A program made the position numbers and the translations under genes. Positions 19,567-29,309 of a DNA stretch of 64,000 nt are shown one piece after another. The notes under the pieces are model-generated. The model did no database searches. It saw nothing but the letters and a program-made list of their open reading frames with translations, and was not told the DNA's origin. Within the stretch, counting starts at the first letter, position 1; each line of letters starts with the position of its first letter. Source of the stretch: an uncultured Eggerthellaceae bacterium (GTDB lineage Bacteria; Actinomycetota; Coriobacteriia; Coriobacteriales; Eggerthellaceae); the NCBI GenBank assembly GCA_958452575.1, contig CAUDUM010000007.1, positions 87,127 through 151,126 of the forward strand, written 5' to 3'.

Positions 19567-20931
19567 ATGGACATAGGCATTAGCATCGTCGTCACGTTCA
19601 TCCTCGTGCTGGTGAACGGCTATTTCTCCATGTCGGAGATGGCGCTGGTGAATGCCAAGCAGGTCATGCTGCAAAAGGAGGCGGACGAGGGCGATCGGCG
19701 CGCCACGCGCGCGCTTGCGCTGGCAAGCGACTCGAGCAGCTTCCTTGCCACGATCCAGGTGGCCATCACGCTGGTGGGCTTCGCCGCATCGGCGGCCGCG
19801 TCCACGAACCTCTCCGCTCCGCTGGCGGGTTGGCTGTCCAGCTTCGGTATCGACTGGCTGACCTTTATCGCCCCCGGTCTGGCGCCGGTTCTGATCACGC
19901 TTGCCGTCTCGTATCTGAGCATCGTGGTGGGCGAGCTGGTGCCCAAGCGCATCGCGCTTTCGAACGCCGAATCCGTGAGCAAGATGGTCGCCGGACCCCT
20001 CAACGTGTTCCGTGCGATCGCCAAGCCGCTGGTGTGGTTCACCTCGGCTTCCGCCAACGGTTTGTCGCGCTTGTTCGGCATCAAGAGCTCCGACGACCGC
20101 CAGAACGTGTCCGAAGAGGAGATCAAATACATCGTCAAGGACAACGACGAGCTGCTCGACGACGAGAAGCGCATGATCCACGACATCCTGGATCTGGGCG
20201 ACATGACCGTGCGCGAGGTGATGCAGCCGCGCGTCGACATGATGTTCGTCGAGGATGTCGAGACCGTGCGCCAGGCGGTGGACCGTATGCGCGGGACCGG
20301 CTATTCCCGCCTGCCCGTCTACCACGAGGACTACGACACCATCGTGGGCATCGTCAACTACAAGGACCTGGTGGCGCCCATCCTCGACGGCAAGGGCGAC
20401 GAGCCGGTCGGACCGTACGCCTACGAGGCGCTGTTCGTCCCCGAAACCAAGGACATCTATCCGCTGCTCTCGGAGATGCAAACGAATCGTCAACAGATGG
20501 CCATCGTCGTGGACGAGTACGGCGGCACCGATGGTTTAATTACCGTCGAGGATATCCTGGAGGAGATCGTCGGCGAGATCGGCGACGAGACCGACGTAGA
20601 GGACGGCAAGTTCGTCTCGACCGTCGCCGAGGGCGAGTGGGTCGTGGACGGGCGCCTTCCGGCGGAGGATGCGGCCGAGTTGGGCTGGCCGGTTTCGGAA
20701 TCGGATGACTACGAGACGATCGCCGGCTGGCTGATGGACACCATCGACGTCGTGCCGTCGATGGGCGACGAATTCGAGATCGAAGGCTACCGCTTCAAGA
20801 TCCAGGCCATGCGCCGCCGCCGCATCTCGACCATCCGGGTCAGCCGCATCGAACCATGCACCGACGAGCAGGACGGTTCCTGCGACGACGGGGCAGACGA
20901 GGACGCGGTTTCCAGCAAAGACGCCGAATAG
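19567..20931 (+). CDS. CNNM/DUF21-CBS-CorC_HlyC family transporter-associated protein
   Basis: DUF21 TM region, a CBS pair, and a C-terminal CorC_HlyC domain (ETIAGWLMD...G). Confidence 0.85.
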   Translation: MDIGISIVVTFILVLVNGYFSMSEMALVNAKQVMLQKEADEGDRRATRALALASDSSSFLATIQVAITLVGFAASAAASTNLSAPLAGWLSSFGIDWLTFIAPGLAPVLITLAVSYLSIVVGELVPKRIALSNAESVSKMVAGPLNVFRAIAKPLVWFTSASANGLSRLFGIKSSDDRQNVSEEEIKYIVKDNDELLDDEKRMIHDILDLGDMTVREVMQPRVDMMFVEDVETVRQAVDRMRGTGYSRLPVYHEDYDTIVGIVNYKDLVAPILDGKGDEPVGPYAYEALFVPETKDIYPLLSEMQTNRQQMAIVVDEYGGTDGLITVEDILEEIVGEIGDETDVEDGKFVSTVAEGEWVVDGRLPAEDAAELGWPVSESDDYETIAGWLMDTIDVVPSMGDEFEIEGYRFKIQAMRRRRISTIRVSRIEPCTDEQDGSCDDGADEDAVSSKDAE

Positions 20932-21018
20932 CGGCAAAGCGGGGCGGCCGATGCCCCTGCGGACGGGATCGAACGCCGCGACGCGGTTGCGTGCGGGCGC
21001 GGCGATCGGGGAGGCATT

Positions 21019-22044
21019 GTGACGAAAAGACGGTGGCAACGATCGCGCGACGCGGTGGCGGGCGGCGTATGCGCCGGCTTTGCCGACATCTTGGGCGTCG
21101 ATGCCGTCGTCGTCCGCATCCTTGCCGTGCTTTTGTGCTTGATGACGGCAGGTCTGGGCGTCATCGTCTATATCGTTTTGTGGATGCGCATGCCGCTTGC
21201 GCCCGAGGATCCGCTGCCGCTTGACGTGAAGCCGCATGAGGCGACGTCGGAAACCTACGGCGCCATCGATATCGTATCGGACGAGGGTCCGGCAAAGGGC
21301 GCCTCCGCTCCGTCCAAGGCGGACATCGCCGCGCGCCGCGATGTGTACGCCGCCGCCGGGCATGTGCCGCCTCAGCCCCCGCTGGGGGCGCAGGCAGCCG
21401 CGGCCGCGGTCGCCTCCCGGATCGCCGCGGGCGTCTCTCCGACAGGCGACTATCCGTCTCCTTCCGCATCCGCCGTCCCCGAAGGGGCCGTTGCGGAAAG
21501 CGCCCCGGCCTCCGCTGATTCCACGCCGGTCGCGCCGCGCAAGGTCCTGGCGCTTTCGCCGGTTGCGCGCTCGCTGCTGCTGTGGGCGTTTCTGGCCGTT
21601 GCGTTTGTCGGGCTGCTCCGCCTGCTGGGACTGGTCGTCCAGGGCGCCAGCTGGTGGCGTTTCTGGCCGCTGTTCTTCGTTTTGTCGGGCATCGCGGTGA
21701 TGGCGGTTCCGGGCAAGAAGGGCGTTCGCATGGCCCATGCGGTCACGGGCTGGTTCATGGTGATGGCGGGAATCGTCGTCCTTCCCATGAGCGTGGGTTT
21801 GGTCCGCTGGATGTCGTTGGCCCCGTGGCTTGCGGCACTGTGGCCGCTGGCGTTGTTCGCGATCGCGTTCCTCGTCGTGGCGTGGATGCGCCGCTCGTGG
21901 CCCTGGGCGCTTGGAGCCGGCGTGCTGTTCGCGGTGTTCTGCGTGGTGGGTTTGCTGTTGTTCGCCGAACCGGGCGCGACGCCGTCCATCATCCTCGACC
22001 TGCCGCTCGGCCGCGACGTCGAGATCGCCTATCCGTTCAAGTAG
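21019..22044 (+). CDS. PspC domain membrane protein
   Basis: GVCAGFADILGVDAVVVRILAVLL PspC motif, a Pro/Ala-rich linker and C-terminal TM bundle. GTG start. Confidence 0.7.
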   Translation: MTKRRWQRSRDAVAGGVCAGFADILGVDAVVVRILAVLLCLMTAGLGVIVYIVLWMRMPLAPEDPLPLDVKPHEATSETYGAIDIVSDEGPAKGASAPSKADIAARRDVYAAAGHVPPQPPLGAQAAAAAVASRIAAGVSPTGDYPSPSASAVPEGAVAESAPASADSTPVAPRKVLALSPVARSLLLWAFLAVAFVGLLRLLGLVVQGASWWRFWPLFFVLSGIAVMAVPGKKGVRMAHAVTGWFMVMAGIVVLPMSVGLVRWMSLAPWLAALWPLALFAIAFLVVAWMRRSWPWALGAGVLFAVFCVVGLLLFAEPGATPSIILDLPLGRDVEIAYPFK

Positions 22045-22274
22045 AGGTTGATCGGTTTCGGCTTCGAATGACGACCTGCGGAAGCGTGATTATGCGCCCT
22101 GTCAAGCGAACAAATGATGGAGAGCGTCTCCACAAAACTTTGCGATTCCCCAGCCCCCTACGGTAAAATATCACCTGTCAAAACAGCATAGCGCTCTGTC
22201 TATTGCAGCAATCACACCCCCACAATCCAATAAGCTGCTCGACGCCCGTCTCGACGGGTTGGTGCTAGTGCTGC

Positions 22275-23102
22275 GTGGAAAGGCAGTGTTTTTTGGCTAG
22301 TAAACGATATAAGCAGCGCAAGTCGAGCGTTGTCGTCAAGATGGTCATGGTGGCGTGCGTCTCCCTGATCATGGCGGGCTTCATCGGCTTCGGCATCGCC
22401 TCGGCAGGCAATGCGACCGCCAACGGCGGCGCGTTCGGCCTGAACGACGCGGTGTCAAAGAGCGCGGCGGAGGATCGTTCCATCATCGTGTCGGGCACCA
22501 GCGCGGCAACGGACGACTCTGTTCTCACCAACACCTCTCAACGAGACATCTCCCTCAACGTCCAAGCGATCGAGGAGCAGCTCGAGGCCGAGCGCCGTGC
22601 TGCCGAGGAGCTCGCACGTGCCGAGGAGCAGGCTCGTATCGCCGCCGCCGAGGAGGCCAAGGCGGTGCAGCAGGCCGCAGCCGCGCAGGATGCCGCCGCG
22701 GCGGATCTTGCCGCCCTGCCCGATGTCGACTGGAGCGTGGGCAAAGACGCCTTCGTCGCCGAGTGGACCGCCCGCATCGACGCCTATCTGGCAGGATCGC
22801 CCTTGGCGGGCATGGGATCCGTGTTCGCCCAGGCCGCATGGGACAACGGTGTCGACCCCCGTTTCTCCCCGGCCATCTCCAACACCGAAAGCTCCAAGGG
22901 CGCGCATTGCTTCCTCCCCCACAACGCATGGGGTTGGGGCAGCAGCGGCTGGAGCAGCTGGGAAGAGGCCATCAACGCGCATGTGGCCGGCTTGGCGAAC
23001 GGCTACGGCTACTCGCTGACGTATGCGGCGGCGCAGAAGTACTGTCCGCCGAACTACGACAACTGGTTCCACAACACGCTCTCGCAGATGATGATCATCT
23101 AA
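22275..23102 (+). CDS. exported coiled-coil protein with a possible peptidoglycan-hydrolase-like C-terminal domain
   Basis: Signal anchor, an Ala/Glu coiled coil, and a C-terminal segment AQAAWDNGVDPRFSPAISNTESSKG...NAWGWG that weakly resembles glucosaminidase/lysozyme-like folds. The functional call is tentative. Confidence 0.35.
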   Translation: MERQCFLASKRYKQRKSSVVVKMVMVACVSLIMAGFIGFGIASAGNATANGGAFGLNDAVSKSAAEDRSIIVSGTSAATDDSVLTNTSQRDISLNVQAIEEQLEAERRAAEELARAEEQARIAAAEEAKAVQQAAAAQDAAAADLAALPDVDWSVGKDAFVAEWTARIDAYLAGSPLAGMGSVFAQAAWDNGVDPRFSPAISNTESSKGAHCFLPHNAWGWGSSGWSSWEEAINAHVAGLANGYGYSLTYAAAQKYCPPNYDNWFHNTLSQMMII

Positions 23103-23152
23103 CCGTCGATCGTGCGGAGTGCCGGGGCGCAGAACGGAGCTGGACGCACCAA

Positions 23153-23185
23153 GGGGTTGCAGCTGAGGGCTGCAGCCCCTTTTTT
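23153..23185 (+). terminator. rho-independent terminator
   Basis: ggggttgcagc...gctgcagcccc followed by TTTTTT. Confidence 0.75.
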
Positions 23186-23265
23186 CGTGGCGCGTGCGGT
23201 AGAATTGGCGCTGCGCCGTGCGTCGCCCGACGCGCGGCGGATATGAGCTTTGGGAAGGGAGCCGT

Positions 23266-23928
23266 GTGAGCAGCAACGTCATCGTGGTGGGATGCGGACG
23301 AGTGGGTTCGCAGCTTGCCAACATGCTTTCCGACAACGGCGACAACGTATGTGTGATCGACCGAAACGCCGATGCGTTCGCCAATCTGGGCCGCAACTTC
23401 AACGGCGCCACCGTCCAGGGGATCGGCACCGACAGCGACACGCTTGAGAAAGCCGGCGTCGAGGAGTGCGATGTGCTGGCGGCCGTCACGCAGTTCGACA
23501 ACACCAATTTGATGGTGGCGCGCGTGGGAGGCCTGCTTTACGACGTCCCCCACGTGATCGCCCGCCTTTACAACCCCGATCACGAGCGCGCTTACATGCA
23601 GCTCGGCATCGACTACGTGTGCGGCACCTCCCTTGTGGCCGAGGACGTGTTCGGCAAGATCGTTTCCGGCCATGGATCCCACCTGGACACGTTCGGGGAG
23701 TTCGAGGTGCTGCGCTTCTCGCTTGATCTGAGCTGGGCGGACAAGCGCACCGTGCGCGCCGGCGAGCTGGAGCGCGACCACGATATCCGCGTGGTGGCTT
23801 TCGAGCGCAGCGATGGCTCGGCAAGCTCCATCCCCACCAAGGACTCCATCCTCTACCATGGCGATTCGCTGCTGGTGTGCATCAGGCACGACCTCATCGA
23901 TTCGTTCTCCAAATACATCCAGGAATGA
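23266..23928 (+). CDS. trkA: TrkA-family K+ transport NAD-binding protein (N+C domains)
   Basis: GTG start after GGGAAGGGAG. VIVVGCGRVGSQLA Rossmann motif. Confidence 0.8.
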   Translation: MSSNVIVVGCGRVGSQLANMLSDNGDNVCVIDRNADAFANLGRNFNGATVQGIGTDSDTLEKAGVEECDVLAAVTQFDNTNLMVARVGGLLYDVPHVIARLYNPDHERAYMQLGIDYVCGTSLVAEDVFGKIVSGHGSHLDTFGEFEVLRFSLDLSWADKRTVRAGELERDHDIRVVAFERSDGSASSIPTKDSILYHGDSLLVCIRHDLIDSFSKYIQE

Positions 23929-23930
23929 GG

Positions 23931-24081
23931 GGTTCCGCCGACTTGCCAGCCGGCGGAACCTGCCGACGCTGCAGCGTTCTTCGGCACCGCGCCTCGCGGC
24001 GATGACGGGGGCTCGCGTACCGAAGTGCGCTTCGCCTCCACCGTCCCCACGATTCGCGGCACCGGAGAAGCCCTCGCTGAC
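23931..24081 (+). repeat. intergenic repeat family 1, copy 1 (between the two trkA genes)
   Basis: Hairpin GGTTCCGCCG...CGGCGGAACC, then GCCGACGCTGC (23962-23972), GCGTACCGAAGTGCGCTTCGCCT, and CTCGCTGAC (24073-24081). Confidence 0.75.
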
Positions 24082-24119
24082 AGCATGGGCAAATGCATAT
24101 CAAACCAGGAGGTGGTTGT

Positions 24120-24791
24120 ATGTACGTAGTCATCATGGGCGGCGGCAAGGTGGGCGAATACCTTGCGACGGTCCTTCTGAACAGCGGCAACGAAGTGGCT
24201 TTGATCGAGAACGATCTGGCGACGGCAGACAAGCTCTCCATCGTGCTGCAGGGCAGCTACATGGTCATCCACGGCGACGGCTGCGATTCCAAATACCAGG
24301 AAGACGCCGGTATCCGCCGCGCCGATGTGTTCGTGGCCGCCACCGGCCAGGACGACAACAATCTGGTGTCGTGCGAGATCGCGCAGCGCGTGTTCAGCGT
24401 GCCGCGCTGCATCGCGCGCGTCAACCACCCCAAAAACCTGCGCATCTTCAAGGAGGTGGGCATCGAGTGCGTCTCGTCGACCACCCTCATCGCCAACCTC
24501 ATCGAAGAGGAGACGCTTCTGGGCAGCGTGAGCGTCGCGTCATCGCTCACGCACGGCAACGTCGTGCTGACCGAGATCCGCGTTCCGCGCATGCGCCTGC
24601 ATTCCAACGAGACCGGCGTCCGCGCGCTCGACATGCCCATGCCCGAGAACAGCCTGATCGTGGCCGTTTCCACGACCGACGACGTGCAGGTGGTGGGCGA
24701 GGACACCTATCTGATGCCGGGCGACACCGCCATCATCGCGGCCGACAACGAGGTCCTCGACGAGGTGCGCTCCCTCTTCCGCGGACTGTAG
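24120..24791 (+). CDS. trkA: TrkA-family K+ transport NAD-binding protein (second copy)
   Basis: ATG after AGGAGGTGG. VVIMGGGKVGEYLA Rossmann motif. Confidence 0.8.
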   Translation: MYVVIMGGGKVGEYLATVLLNSGNEVALIENDLATADKLSIVLQGSYMVIHGDGCDSKYQEDAGIRRADVFVAATGQDDNNLVSCEIAQRVFSVPRCIARVNHPKNLRIFKEVGIECVSSTTLIANLIEEETLLGSVSVASSLTHGNVVLTEIRVPRMRLHSNETGVRALDMPMPENSLIVAVSTTDDVQVVGEDTYLMPGDTAIIAADNEVLDEVRSLFRGL

Positions 24792-24860
24792 GAGCAACGC
24801 GCCGCGTCGGGCAGGGTATAATCAGCACAGCATGTATCAAGGCGAGGGAAAGGCACGCTG

Positions 24861-26204
24861 GTGATCAACCGCTACACGCGCCCCGAGATGGGGCATATCT
24901 GGACGCTTCAGAACAAGTTCGACATCTGGCAGGAGATCGAGGTGCTGGCGTGCGAGGCCCAGGCCGAGCTGGGCCAGGCGGGCATCACCAAAGAGGAGGC
25001 CAAATGGATCCGCGATCATGCCGGCTGCACGGCCGAGCGCATCGCCGAGATCGAGAAGGTCACCAACCACGACGTTATCGCCTTCACCACCGACATGGCC
25101 GAGCACATCGACGCTGACGTGCCCGAGGGCGAGCCCAAGCCGAGCCGCTGGGTCCACTACGGCATGACCTCGTCCGATCTGGGCGACACGGCACTTTCCT
25201 ATCAGATCACGCAGGCGATCGACATCATCCTGGCCGACATCAAGCAGTTGGGCGAGACGTGCAAGCGCCGCGCGTTCGAATTCAAAGACACCCTGTGCGT
25301 GGGACGCACGCACGGCATTCACGCCGAGCCGATGACCTTCGGCATGAAGTTCGGCAGCTGGGCGTGGGCGCTCAAGCGCGCGCAGACCCGCATGGAGCAG
25401 GCGCGCGAGGTTGCCGCGACGGGCGCCATCAGCGGTGCGGTGGGAACGTATTCCAGCATCGATCCGTTCATCGAGCAGTATGTGTGCGAGAAGCTGGGCC
25501 TCACGCCCGACCCGCTGTCGACGCAGGTGCTCGCGCGCGACCGCCACGCCCAGGTGATGTGCGGCCTTGCCACCGTCGCCGCCACGCTCGAGTCCATCGC
25601 GATGCAGGTGCGCCTGCTGCAGCAGTCCGACGTCATCGAGGCGGAGGAGCCGTTCGCCAAGGGCCAGAAGGGCTCTTCGGCCATGCCCCACAAGCGCAAC
25701 CCCATCACCGCCGAGCGCGTGTGCGGCCTGGCGCGCGTGGTCAAAGCCAACGCCCAGGTGGCGCTTGACAACGTGGCGCTGTGGTACGAGCGCGACATCA
25801 GCCATTCCGGCACCGAGCGCGTTGCGTTGGCCGACAGCTTCACGGCGCTGGACTACATGTTCGGCAAGATGCAGTGGATGCTGGACGGTCTGCAGACCTA
25901 TCCCGACAAGATGGAGCACAACCTGTGGCGCACCCGCGGTTTGATCTTCAGCTCCAAGGTGCTGCTGGCGCTGGTGCAGACGGGCATCACGCGCGAGGAG
26001 GCCTACGTCATCGTGCAGCGCAACGCCATGAAGGTGTGGGCGGACATCCAAAACGCCGTCGACGGGCCGACGTATCGCGAGAACCTCGAAGCGGATCCGG
26101 AGGCGAACCTGTCCCAGGATACCCTCGACGAGATCTTCGATCCGTGGGACTTCCTCACCCGCAAGGACGCTGTGTTCGAGCGTTTGGAGAAGCTGGAGTT
26201 CTAG
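24861..26204 (+). CDS. purB: adenylosuccinate lyase
   Basis: INRYTRPEM N-terminus and the GSSAMPHKRNP fumarate-lyase signature. Confidence 0.92.
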   Translation: MINRYTRPEMGHIWTLQNKFDIWQEIEVLACEAQAELGQAGITKEEAKWIRDHAGCTAERIAEIEKVTNHDVIAFTTDMAEHIDADVPEGEPKPSRWVHYGMTSSDLGDTALSYQITQAIDIILADIKQLGETCKRRAFEFKDTLCVGRTHGIHAEPMTFGMKFGSWAWALKRAQTRMEQAREVAATGAISGAVGTYSSIDPFIEQYVCEKLGLTPDPLSTQVLARDRHAQVMCGLATVAATLESIAMQVRLLQQSDVIEAEEPFAKGQKGSSAMPHKRNPITAERVCGLARVVKANAQVALDNVALWYERDISHSGTERVALADSFTALDYMFGKMQWMLDGLQTYPDKMEHNLWRTRGLIFSSKVLLALVQTGITREEAYVIVQRNAMKVWADIQNAVDGPTYRENLEADPEANLSQDTLDEIFDPWDFLTRKDAVFERLEKLEF

Positions 26205-26238
26205 CAGCACGGCCTTGGCTGCGAAGTTCTGGTTGCGT

Positions 26239-26272
26239 GGGAGCCGCCCCTTGTCGTGCAGGGGCGGCTCCC
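26239..26272 (+). terminator. 12-bp GC hairpin after purB
   Basis: gggagccgcccc-N10-ggggcggctccc. No U-tract. Confidence 0.45.
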
Positions 26273-26289
26273 GTGGCGCGGAAACAGAA

Positions 26290-26510
26290 GCGAAAATCTC
26301 GCAGTTTTGAGCATTGCCTTCAAAACTGCGAGATAACTCGCAAAAATGAGCCGAAGGGGGCAGGGAATCGATCCTTGCCCCCTTCGGCTTTGCGATAGGT
26401 AGCTGCGTTTTGGTTGGACAGCACGTTCCCTGCTGTCATCTGTGCTCAAAGCCGCGAATTAACTCGTCGTTTTGAGCATGATGTTCATTTTTGCGAGATA
26501 TCTGCTCAGC
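26290..26510. repeat. cluster of about 6 copies, in both orientations, of a TCGCA-N4-TGAGC-like motif plus a 17-bp hairpin, in AT-richer DNA
   Basis: tctcgcagttttga (26297-26310) pairs with tcaaaactgcgaga (26320-26333). Further copies are ctcgcaaaaatgagc, ctcgtcgttttgagca and tcatttttgcgaga. Hairpin at 26350-26388. Confidence 0.65.
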
Positions 26511-26528
26511 AATGCTCGGGGCTCGGGG

Positions 26529-26846
26529 TTACAGCCCTTTCAGATCCTCGTCAGTGAAGTCGTACAGGTCGCGGATCGCGTTGATCTTCTGGTTGGCGCG
26601 GACGAACTTCTGAACCCCCAAGCCGAGCACGCCGCAGGCGCACACGGCGGTGGCGAACGTGACGATGCTGATGATCATGTTCTCATACGGCAGGATTCCG
26701 TTGCTTTGCAGCACCGGGATGCCCATGATGGCAACGACGGCCAGGATGCCGCCGACGGCGGTGAGCATGATGCCGCTGCGGCGATTGGCCCTCAGACGGG
26801 GGATTTCCATCAACGCGCGGTCGCGGCGCATCTTCTTTTTGGACAT
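26529..26846 (-). CDS. small two-TM membrane protein (hypothetical)
   Basis: Start MSKKKM preceded by AAGGAG. Two hydrophobic helices. Lies downstream of the SpoVA-like gene on the same strand. Confidence 0.4.
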   Translation of the reverse strand: MSKKKMRRDRALMEIPRLRANRRSGIMLTAVGGILAVVAIMGIPVLQSNGILPYENMIISIVTFATAVCACGVLGLGVQKFVRANQKINAIRDLYDFTDEDLKGL

Positions 26847-27020
26847 GCGGTGCTCCTTCTCGAAGGAAAACGGGGCGTCCGCCGCGCTCATCCTTCCGTC
26901 ATCGTTGTGCGCATGCAGGCCATTCTAGCGGAAAGCCGCCCCGCCCGAAAGGACGGCGCGGCTTTCCGAAACGTTGCCGATGGCCGTTGCCGGACGCTGC
27001 GGCGATGCCGCGCGTTCGAC

Positions 27021-27911
27021 TTACGCCTTCCTGTCGGTAAGCTGGGCCTCGAAGCCGAGATGCTCGAGCGAGGTCAGCGCCTGCTGCTTGTGCACCTCGC
27101 GCAGCGGCGTGCGGCCGAACTTGGCGTTGTAGATGAAGAAGGTGAACAGGGCCGTGATAGCCAGGCCGGCAACCGCGAGCAGGAACGAGCCCAGGTGCAG
27201 CAACGCGGTGTCGACATGGCCGAGGAACAGGTCCAGGCCGACGTTGTACATGTTGTAGCCGCCGACGGTGATCATGACCGAGAAGCCCTCGCCGGAGAAG
27301 TTGGCAAGCGCCGTGGAGATGCCCGAGGGGGCCAGGATGCAGCCAACCATCCAGGCAGTGATCAGGATGTGCAGGTGATTGACCTTGGGCGTGATGCGCT
27401 GGACGACCATGTACAGGCACTGGAAGATCGCGGCGAGCAGGCCGCCCACGACGAACGCCCAGAAGAACAGCATGCCGCCCTCGGTCTTGGGCACCTCGAT
27501 GATGTGGTTGTTCAGGCCGGTGGCGCCGCAGGCGAAGCCGATGGCGATGCAGATGGCGGCGAACAGCACGTTGAACCACACGACGAACCACACGCAGTTC
27601 CACACGCACTTGCCGAACTTCTCGTTGGCGGTGGTCCAGGGGCCGACGGCCTTCATGCCCACGGCCATGGCGAAGCCGGAGAACGGAAGCAGTGCGCCGA
27701 AGTCGCCCCACTCCTCAACATGCTGGTACACGGCGAAGCCGCCCAGGATGCAGCCGATGACGCCCATGCTCACAAGCGTCGCACCGCCCGTGAAAAACTC
27801 CATGGGGGTGCCGGTCAGGGCGAACTGCCAGAACGACAGGATCGCCTGGGCGATAAGCGCGAACATACCGCCGATCAAAAATGCGTACACGATGCTTTTA
27901 GGCTGTTTCAT
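27021..27911 (-). CDS. tandem SpoVAC/SpoVAEb-family membrane protein
   Basis: First half: VYAFLIGGMFALIAQ...LLPFSGFAMAV, like SpoVAC. Second half: MLFFWAFVVGGLLAAIFQCLYMVVQRITP...GFSVMITVGGYNM, like SpoVAEb (compare MIFLWAFLVGGAICVVGQ recalled from Bacillus). Confidence 0.6.
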   Translation of the reverse strand: MKQPKSIVYAFLIGGMFALIAQAILSFWQFALTGTPMEFFTGGATLVSMGVIGCILGGFAVYQHVEEWGDFGALLPFSGFAMAVGMKAVGPWTTANEKFGKCVWNCVWFVVWFNVLFAAICIAIGFACGATGLNNHIIEVPKTEGGMLFFWAFVVGGLLAAIFQCLYMVVQRITPKVNHLHILITAWMVGCILAPSGISTALANFSGEGFSVMITVGGYNMYNVGLDLFLGHVDTALLHLGSFLLAVAGLAITALFTFFIYNAKFGRTPLREVHKQQALTSLEHLGFEAQLTDRKA

Positions 27912-28285
27912 ACATCTCCCTCCCAGATAATGAAGCCTTAGCCTTGGATGTGCCTGATAACAGGCGATTCAATTGTGTGCCGGCTTGCGACGTGCCGGCG
28001 CGTCGACGCCGCCCCTCCCATGGCGCGGCGCATAAGCGACGCTTAATTATAACGGGCGTATGCCGATTGTCACGTGGGGAAACGCAACTTATCGGCGTGT
28101 TTTTCAGGTAAAAGCGGAAAACGCCGCCACCGTCAGGCTTAGAGGATGGGCGAGCCTTTGAACTGAACCCCGATAGCGGGACCGGAAACAAAAGTTTTCA
28201 GTCCCGCGTGTCTTTGAGGGATGATTCCTTGAAGCAAGGAACGGAGGTCAGGGCCGAAGCGGCGAGGAGCCGATGCCCTTCGCTG

Positions 28286-29095
28286 CTAGATGCCGAAAGA
28301 CAGCCCGTCTGAGGCGGCGCGCACGCGGCCGTCGTATTGGCGCAGGAACTCCTCCAGCTCGCTCAGCGTGATGGGCTCGGCGTAGTGCATGCACAGATGC
28401 GTGAGGAAGATCGTGCCTGCCTCGAGCTCCAGGCCCTCTTCGATGGTCTCCTGGACGCTGTGATGCTGATCGGTGGGGCAGCTTTTCCAATAAGTGGCGT
28501 CCAGGGCAAGGAAGTCGACGCCGCGCACGCGCTCTGCGGTGGCCTCGGGCAGCTTGCCGGTATCCGAGGCGTAGAACAGGCGCTTGGCCGGCGTTTCGAT
28601 CAGGTACCCGTAGGTGCCGGGCGCATGGTGCACGGGCAGCGCGGTGTAGCGCACGTCATCGATCTCGATCGACTCGTAGGGCATGATCTCGTGCGTGTCC
28701 AGGCAGTACGTCATGTAGTGGTACTCGTGCGCGATGGTTTCGAGCGTGCCGGGGCTGGCATAGGTCGGCAAGGGGGATTTGGTGCGCAGCTGGACCATGT
28801 ACTCGAGCTCCTCCATGCCGCCGATGTGGTCGGAATGCCCGTGCGTCACCAGCAGCCGATCGATCGCGCGCACACCCTCGCGGTTGAGCTGGTGGCGCAC
28901 GTCGGGCGGCGTGTCGATGAGCGTCGTGGGCCCGCCTTCGCCGACCCTTCGCACCATCGCGCCGCAGTCGCCGCGCCGGGCCTGCGGATGCATGCGCGCC
29001 TCTTGGCAGGCGGGGCACTCGCAGAAAAACGCCGGCACGCCGCAACCGGCGCCGGTCCCCATGAACGTGAAAGTGTGGGTGAGGCTCTCTGCCAT
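28286..29095 (-). CDS. MBL-fold hydrolase, PhnP-like
   Basis: Start at MAESLTHTFTFMGTGAGCGVPAFFCECPACQEA, preceded by GAGGAAGGG. THGHSDHIGG metal motif. Confidence 0.7.
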   Translation of the reverse strand: MAESLTHTFTFMGTGAGCGVPAFFCECPACQEARMHPQARRGDCGAMVRRVGEGGPTTLIDTPPDVRHQLNREGVRAIDRLLVTHGHSDHIGGMEELEYMVQLRTKSPLPTYASPGTLETIAHEYHYMTYCLDTHEIMPYESIEIDDVRYTALPVHHAPGTYGYLIETPAKRLFYASDTGKLPEATAERVRGVDFLALDATYWKSCPTDQHHSVQETIEEGLELEAGTIFLTHLCMHYAEPITLSELEEFLRQYDGRVRAASDGLSFGI

Positions 29096-29270
29096 GGCAG
29101 CCCTTCCTCTCGGACCAACGTGGCAGGAGGCGCCCCCCGCTGCCACATTTGAATAACGCGGCAGGGAGCGTCCCCTGCCGCATGCGCTTCGGTTCAATGG
29201 ACGAGTATAGGCGCAAAGCGCTCTCCGCTTCGAATTTTCATCGCAAAACGCTTGCAAGGGTGGTCTGCCC

Positions 29271-29309
29271 TTGACGCAATGGCTATAATCGACTAGCCGA
29301 TTGCGTCAA
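29271..29309. promoter_or_regulatory. inverted repeat TTGACGCAAT-N19-ATTGCGTCAA bracketing a TATAAT hexamer (candidate operator/promoter)
   Basis: Read directly, with TATAAT at 29284-29289. Lies in the 577-nt divergent region between the MBL gene and the Mo-enzyme operon. Confidence 0.4.

Noticed and set aside
22045-22274. Possible cyclic-di-AMP (ydaO-type) or other riboswitch in the 230-nt AT-richer leader of the putative cell-wall protein gene
   Set aside because: None of the GGGGACCC / GGGGUGAAUCC / CCCGUCAGCUAACC-type boxes I recall are present. Only small generic hairpins are there.
23853-24428. Apparent peptide-level similarity of minus-strand translations across repeat family 1 (SARASPVPRIVGTVEAKRTSVRE versus SARGAPVPKIHGIVQAKRTLVRK)
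   Set aside because: There are no consistent start or stop codons. The frames run into the antisense of flanking genes, and copies 2 and 4 do not preserve the frame. The similarity is explained by about 75 % nucleotide identity, so this is treated as a non-coding repeat.
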